A DNA stretch of 64,000 bases from Paraspadella gotoi. Taxonomy: Eukaryota > Animalia > Chaetognatha. Of the stretch, positions 54,562 to 64,000 are shown in pieces; within the stretch, counting starts at the first letter, position 1, and every line of letters begins with the position of its first letter. The translations under genes and the position numbers were made by a program. Below the pieces are notes generated by a model. That model saw nothing but the letters and a program-made list of their open reading frames with translations. It had not been told where the DNA came from and ran no database searches. Location: NCBI GenBank assembly GCA_051294375.1, contig CM119266.1, positions 26,230,851 through 26,294,850 of the forward strand. Direction: 5' to 3'.

Positions 54562-57500
54562 TCAATACGAAAAGAGTCTGATTGTAGCGTCACTGCCAGC
54601 AGTGAGTATCCACGGCTGGTTTGGGTGAAACTGACAGTCTAAAGTGCCTAGACTTTGTTTTCCCGCAACTCCCGGTCCGTGGCCCCTGAGGATTTTCACG
54701 GGAACAATGAGAGGGTTCTGCATTAAGTCGTTGTAAACCATCCCGTGGCAGACGATGGTAGAACCGTCGTCGGAGCAAGAAGCGAAGAGAGGATACCGAG
54801 GGTGGAAGCGAACCTAAAAGAGACAAACGCCGTCGACGCAAACAAGGGCAACACACATATTCAACACGTTCCAAAAAGTTCCGAGAAACTCACCTGTCTA
54901 ATAGCTTTTTTGTGATGCCGCAATGTCCGATAGGGCTTTGCAGAAAGATCTAAGTCGAACCAGGAGAGTCGCGCGTCGTAAGATCCTGTGATCACGTTGT
55001 CCCCTCCCGGATGAACGGCGATGGAAGATATCCATTTACTCGTGGTAATCAATTTCTTGGTCAACATCTTGACGGTGGAAAAAGGGCACAGGGTGATCAA
55101 AGATAAATGTAGCATATTAATTTATGGATAATTTCAAATGAGATTGAACCTATATTAACCGATGTTATGTATAATCAGCGTAACCATTCTCATACAGCGA
55201 TATCACCCTGTTATATAAAGCCGCTAATCGCAATTCTTTAACCTGGAAAACCCCATGAAACGAGACCCCAACTATTGGCTCACCTGTTTGACAAGGTTGT
55301 AAACTTTGACGGTGCGCTGAGTGGCGACAAAGAAAAAGGGTTTGGTTGGGTGAAACTGAACGGCCTGGACAAAGCCCTTTGTATTTTTAAAAGGACACTG
55401 AGTTCGGCCGCGAGAGACTTGATGAAGGAGGACAGAGCGAGAGCCGCCCTTGGGATGAAGGGTCGCTAGATAGTCACCCCGGGTGTGCCAGGATATTGAA
55501 GAAATCTATATAAAGTAAAACGGTGAAAATTTTTATGAAAATTTCGACGTACTTTTTTATTCCGTAAGAATGATGACACTGACCTCGCTTTGAAAGGAGA
55601 CCTTAATCCGGAATCCATTTTTGAAGCTCTGTTCATCGGCAGGGTCCATCGAGGTGACCCTTGTCCAATCCGCGGCCGGTTTTTGGCTCTCGCCGTCCTG
55701 GTCCCCATCATTCGCCTCCCGATTATCGAACTTGACAATTTTGATGGCGGCGATGACGTCGTCCGTCGATTTGTTCACCAGCTTGTCGCCGACGCCCACG
55801 TTAACGAGGGCCATCTCGTTAGAGAATCCAACTGCGATGAGATTGAGCGAAGGATTCGGGTTCCAGGCGACGCTCGACACTTTGGCACCAACGTCGAGCG
55901 TCTTCATGCAGCGGCCCGTAGAAATTTCCCAGATCTTAATTTACAATAAAGTCATACAATAACAACCCGATACTCAATTAAAATTTGAAAATTATCTGAC
56001 GCCTAAGGCACACACCTTTACAAAACCGTCATCCGACCCAGAGACAAACCACTGTCCCGTGGGATCCACGGAAACACTCCGGACGATATCGGAATGTCCC
56101 CTGAATACGATCGAGAGCGTCGTCGGGAACGGCTGCAGATCGCGCGGTTTAGGCAACTTCGGTAACAGATCCTCGGCGTCAACGCGCACCCTATCTTTGC
56201 GCATGCGTGGACACAGGTAAAGATCGAGACAGCGTTCGAATCGCTCGTTGATGAACCTAAAGAGTAGATAAAAAACCTAAAAAATATCCCTTCAAAGAAA
56301 CATTTCGTTTTTAATAAATCATATAAATAATCAAAATTTAAAAATTAAATTTTTAAAAATTTATTGTATTCGATCTTTCTTTTTGTTGTTTTTGTAATAA
56401 TTGTAAATTGTAATTTGTAAATATTGAATCATTAAAACATAATATCTCTTAAATAATTTTTTTAAGGAGTGTAACGAAAATTTCGTTTGAACAACAATTT
56501 CACTTGCTGACGAAGACTCGAAACAAAGTCGAAACATGTCCTTATAACATATTAAATTGTTGTTCAAACAAAATTTTCGTTACACGCCTTAAAAAAAATT
56601 ATTTAAGAGATATTATGTTTTAATATGATTCAATATTTTATATTTTAAAATATAAAGAAAATATTCTGGAGAATCTACAGCATCAATACATTTTTAATAC
56701 CGCTTTTTTTAACATACCTAAATCTATCTTAATGGAGATGACGCAATAAGCATTTAACATGATACTGTACAAAGGCAGGGCTTTTTAAAAGTAGTAATTT
56801 AACTCAAAAAATAATAAAAAAGAATTTAAATATTATTATAAACAAAATATATAAAAATAAAAAAATAAAAAAAAGAAACAATTTTCTTTTACAAGCCCAA
56901 AATTTCTCGACATCTAAATTTTATTTTTTGATTCTTACATTTGTTACATGTGATAATCCTTTCTTTTCGTTGTTATTTAATATTTAGAGAAAACAGTGTT
57001 TTTGAATTTGTGACAACGATTTATTTTAATAGACGGACATGTTTGGACTCTTTGGGTTCGAGTCTTCATCAAATGCTGATGAAGACTCGAACCCAACGAG
57101 TCCAAACAGGTCCGTCTATTAAAATAAATCGTTGTCACAAATTCTAAAGATTCTTACATTAAAATGCCAAAAAATAACTGGAAAGTTACCGAGACATTTT
57201 TTTTTCCATCATGGTAATAAATATTACTGCACTCTAATCTCACTACGGCTGAAGCATACTTGTCATAAGGAGAGATTTTTCGCATACAGTCAATTTTTTT
57301 AGGAATGTAATTAATTCTACGATCCTCGGGTTCTTTGTCTTTCCAAGCCACTTCCTCTTCTTCGGTGAAGAGATATTCTGGAGGGGGGTTATAGCTCTCC
57401 TCGTGACCTGGTTGCAGAAAGTAAATGTTGACCAAAAGGCGCGTTTAGTTAAGATTCCTTTTAATGCCTTTAGTCAATCGCACAAGCTAAAACTGGGTTT

Positions 57501-58587
57501 CACCTGGAAGTTTAAGCTTCGGCGCCGGAATGTGGTGACGGAATCTCTTGTTCTCTCCATCCTTATCATCATTACCCCACAAGTCGTAGCGACAGTGCTC
57601 ATCCTCTTCCTCCTCATCCTTTTTTTTCTTCTGCTCCGAGGGACGTTTGATCCAGCCCATTTTGATGGCGTGAACGTAGTAGCTCACCTTTTGAGCTTCG
57701 CCCCTGCGTTCAGAAAATTCAGTGAGAAAGGATCATGGTTCCGAATAATTCGCACTTATTTCTCGCTCTCAAGATCAAACCTTGACGGCAAAAAGCTTCG
57801 CTTATGTGGAGGGTGCGCCGTGAGGGGCATGTCCATTTTTTCGTGAGTAAAGAAGTCGATCCAAGGAACGTACTGATTGAAATTTCCCGAACCCGTACCG
57901 GGATACTTTCCTTTCTGTATGTTTTTAATTAGTTCTATATCGGCGTCGGTCATGCGAACGTTTTGACCTTGTTTGGGAGCGAGAAAATAAACAGCATCAT
58001 TAAAACGAGATATTATTTAAAATTATTATGTTTTTAGCCTAATTATTTATTAAATTACCGGTGAGTTTATCCTTGACTGTCCGCCAGTAGTCGGGATTGT
58101 CCATCTTTTCGAGAAACTCGTCCAATTCATCGCCCGGCTGGGGCTTTCCGATTTTGCGGCCGTCGAGGTCATAGCCAATGTGGTCGTAGTCTTTGTACCA
58201 CTCCATTGGGATGTTGCCGACGGTGTTGCGAATCTCTTCTTCATCCGAAGAGTCGTAATCTTCGTACTCTCGAGTGGCGACGACATTGTCAAGCGTTGCG
58301 TCAAAATCTGCGATCCCGTTAGAGGCGGGTTTCGAAGATACCGACGGGATCGTAGAGGAACGCGGTTCTGAGGATTCGCGATTTACGTTCGAGTTATTGA
58401 AGACGTCGTCTTCGTCTTCGCTCTCGAATCCGGAATATTCACTGCTTTCGTCGTCGTCGTCGTCTTCTTCTTTCTCGTCCTCGTCGCCCTCATCAAACTC
58501 TCCACCCGGTTTCAGCCAATCCGGCTCATTGTCGGTGCTCTTAGTTTCGTCCTCCTCCAAAGCTTTTCTTTTTCCAGGGGCCACCAT
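54562..58587 (-). CDS. BOP1: Ribosome biogenesis protein BOP1/Erb1
   Basis: [75 protein letters not shown]40 repeats, and C-terminal [24 protein letters not shown] followed by a stop at 54562-54564. Confidence 0.96.
56421..56637. repeat. Long inverted repeat (~80-bp arms) enclosing a minimal hammerhead motif
   Basis: Arm 56421-56500 is near-complementary to arm 56554-56637; the loop holds CTGACGA..GAAACATGTC. Confidence 0.85.
56507..56540 (+). ncRNA. Minimal (Penelope-type) hammerhead ribozyme motif
   Basis: CTGACGA-A-GACT(cgaaacaa)AGTC-GAAAC-AT-GTC: both conserved boxes, a 4-bp stem II, a palindromic ACATGT stem III and a GUC cleavage triplet. Stem I is weak. Confidence 0.6.
57004..57144. 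repeat. Near-perfect 141-bp palindrome made of two inverted, degenerate hammerhead/pLTR-like units
   Basis: ~68-bp arms around a 5-nt loop. Right arm ctgatgaagactcgaacccaacgagtccaaacaggtc (the GAAA box is changed to CAAA). Confidence 0.85.
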
Positions 58588-59833
58588 AATTATATATTAC
58601 AATTAAATGTTTTTCGATTCCTGATAAAAGAAAAATAAGAACCCCTGATTTAAAAAATTAATGAATGCAATTTCGAAGAGACGCTGGATATATGACTTTG
58701 AAGAGACAGAAATACTCATTATATAACGAGGGCGTGTGACCGCCTCATGAATGGGCGAACTCTCAAGGCGATTATGTGATCGATCACGAAAGAAATAATA
58801 GTACAGAGTACGCTAAAATCTCGAGAAGGATCGGTGATTCCATAGTATGATTCTAGTAATTTCTTTCTTTTATTAAGGGGTCGACAATAAAATCGAATAA
58901 CGTGGGTACAGGGTTTGGTTCATTATTTTATGGATTCCGGCAACCTCGAAATCACTAAAGTGGTTCATATAGTGTGAACTGTAAAGAATATACACGAAAC
59001 GAGCGATGGAATTGGGGGATTGAATTATGATCCACCTTTTTTAGCATTATCGAGCGCCTCAATCAACGACTAGAGCACATTCATTACCGAAAGAACAATA
59101 TGTCAAACGTTGACGTAAAAGCAACACCGAAAGACGATACCGAAACAAAAATATTTTTTAAATGATACAAAAAAGAATCCTCAAAACGACTTAGTGAAAC
59201 TAAACATTTTCAAACAAGCGATGGAATAAAAAATTATGGAATGAAGCGAAATACTAAATAGTGCGAAAAGCAAAAATCAAATTTAAAAAACCTAACTTGT
59301 CGAAGTATTTCAAACGGGGGAAAAATATGAAAATATTTCCGTGAAGTCACTCGAAGCATTATCGAAGTTTAATAAAAATTGGCTCCAATACTGTAAGTGC
59401 TTCAATTTCTGTATACTTAAAATACGATCCGAATTATTATATTCTATAGTCTACAGGCACAATTAAAAAATTCAAGAATAAAAAATTAAAATTTGACCAT
59501 GCTCATGCGGGGGATAACTAGTGATTACCTAAAGAAAAAACATTTCCAAGCGAACGCAAAAATTCATTCTTTAGCGAAAAAAAAATCAAATGAAACCGGG
59601 GAGTAAATCTTTGACCATTTCCTGGTATAATTGACGGGTCAACACCTGCTCATCGTGGTGCTAAAAAGATATTAAAAGATATTATTTGAAAAATCAACGA
59701 GTGAAATACGGACACGATGGGACTAGAAAATAATTTGGAAAAGGACACCTCCTCGTTTCGAAAATCACGGATAAAAAATATTTTAAATGTCAGTCTTGAC
59801 ATTTAGTAATTTTTTATTCAAATCCGAGTAATT

Positions 59834-62141
<2,308 letters not shown>

Positions 62142-62531
62142 TCTTACTTTATTTTTTTCAATACGGTTTTTTGTTTTGTTTCTTTAGTGAAACATCACGC
62201 GTATTCTTCGGAATTAAAAATGAACGGAAAATAAACGAATAAGAAAATTTCCAACGGTGGAAATTACAGACACAAACTTGTATAGAAAAAACTTTTTAAA
62301 AAATTAACAAAAACTAATGAGAGCGAAAGTAAAACGAGATTAACAAGACTAACTGAAAACTCCGTTAATAACTACAGTATGAGGATACTGTAAAAAAACT
62401 AAACCAATAGTATGACAGGAAATAGATCAAATGGTAAAAACAAAACTGACGTTCAGTCCTTAATTGCATTGCATTGATAATAAAAATATCTATAAAATGA
62501 AAAGATTAACGACGCTCTTCGATACACGACG

Positions 62532-63666
62532 CTATTCGAAAAACAACGCCTTCAAAAGGAACAAAGCGGCCATCAGAATCGCTTTTAGGGAAACGTCCAA
62601 AGACTTTGGAAAGCTGACACCGACGGCGCCGGAAGCGGAAATGGCGTCAGATCCGGGCGGACCGACTCGAGAGAGGAACTGATCGTGGCAAGAACACAAA
62701 TTTAAAAACGAGAGACCAAACTTTATACCGCGGGAACGAACCTTGCCAATTTGTACTTTCCCGTCGGCGTCAAAAATTTTGAAATCGCGATCGGCCCGGT
62801 TGGATCCCATTAAAGGAACGCGGCGCCTCTTGACGTGGCAAAGCGCCGAGACATCGTCGCCGGCGTGGACGGTAAGAACGTCGTGAAAGGCCGCCCACCG
62901 TAGACGGACGCAGCCGAAGACACCTCGCGAGTGTGACGACACGTCAACGCGCGGAAGGCAGGCAGGAACCAAGAAAGAATTGCATCCGGCGGGACGGCGA
63001 ATGGAGAAAAGCTTTGGAGGCATCAACGAAGAAAAGCGGAATTAAAATTGAAATACATTGCGAATCTTACGCTTCTTCCGGATTGGCCACACCTCCTTGT
63101 AGGCGTGGTCCGTGACGGTGATCTCGAAAGGCCTGTTCTTGCCCATCATTCTGGCTCCGCAACTGACATCTTCCGAGGCCGACAAGACGCGACGTCCCAG
63201 CGCGTCTGCAAAGACGAACTCACCGCCTTCTCGCCAGACGCGCACGTGATCAATCGAGGCGAGGGGCGCGAGACCGAAAGGGTCATCCGTCTCGTTGGCG
63301 GGATTATACAGCGTCAACGGAATCGACTGAAGTTGCGATGGAGAAAGAATCATCGGAGAAACGATGGAGATGTTATGGTTGGTCGTCGGAGAGGGAACAT
63401 CTAAAGGACCGCGATTGACGACGAAGCAGCGAGAATGAAAAACGATGATGAAACTATTTCGAACTACAGTAGCTAGATTTACCGATTCCGCTCTCGTTAC
63501 TTGGATGCGAGTCCGCGGATATGCGTCGCACTGCGGGAGAATCCCCGCCGTCGCCCGGAGGTTCTGCGTAGAACGGAGTGTAAGGCGGTGGCTTTGGTTT
63601 CTCGGGTGCCGAAGGCGCGGCAACGGGGTCTCCTTCGCAACCCTCGGAAATTTTTTCCAGCGACAT
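62532..63666 (-). CDS. Phospholipid scramblase-like protein
   Basis: PPPY-containing N-terminus, PFGLAPLASIDHV, RPFEITVTD, DFKIFDADGKVQIGKV, and GVSFPKSLDVSLKAILMAALFL (scramblase C-terminus). Confidence 0.8.
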
Positions 63667-64000
63667 TTTTTTTCTGATTCGAGCTATGAGACTGGACTGA
63701 CTAAATATTTAACAAAAAGTGAAAAAAAAAAAGATGTACAATGAATACATGCATATTTATTGGGCGTCTCTCGTGGGTTGCACCCAGACAATCTACAATC
63801 AATGAAAATAATTGACTTATCCGATCGCGGATTGATGTAAGAGCCAATTTTGAAAAAAGCGTGTTTTGGACTGTTGAAGGGCTAAAAGGCCCGAAAAAAC
63901 AAAAGCGTAAGTCGCCTTGTTCGTTCACAGAGGAGCATTGTCGTCGTCCTCGTTTTCTGAATCTGTTCCAAAAATGAAAAATAACATTGAATTTTTAGTT

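Overview
Gene-dense eukaryotic (animal-like) DNA with short spliceosomal introns. I recognise 17 host genes: ALKBH5, ANKRD11/12, MIA3/TANGO1, MBD2/3, an ankyrin-repeat gene, coilin, PGM2, PQBP1, RPL34, an F-box/LRR gene, SYF2, unkempt, CCDC25, EEF1G, BOP1, PKA-RI and a scramblase. All 17 lie on the minus strand, head-to-tail, with stop-to-start gaps as short as ~85-200 bp. Several gaps contain splice acceptors with no evident donor upstream of the start codon, which suggests polycistronic (operon-like) transcription resolved by trans-splicing. Many 3' splice sites are AAG (one is GAG) rather than YAG, and two introns have GC donors. Introns carry several mobile elements: a DIRS1-type tyrosine-recombinase retrotransposon with its ICR on the 5' side, nested in a Helentron-type (HINE/DINE-1-like) element; two more HINE copies; TA-flanked MITEs; a non-autonomous LTR element and a second insert, both with a ~55-60 nt tRNA-Lys complement instead of an 18-nt PBS; and Penelope-type minimal hammerhead ribozyme motifs inside long palindromes. 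Gene names come from motif recognition by eye, not database searches, and exon limits are manual.
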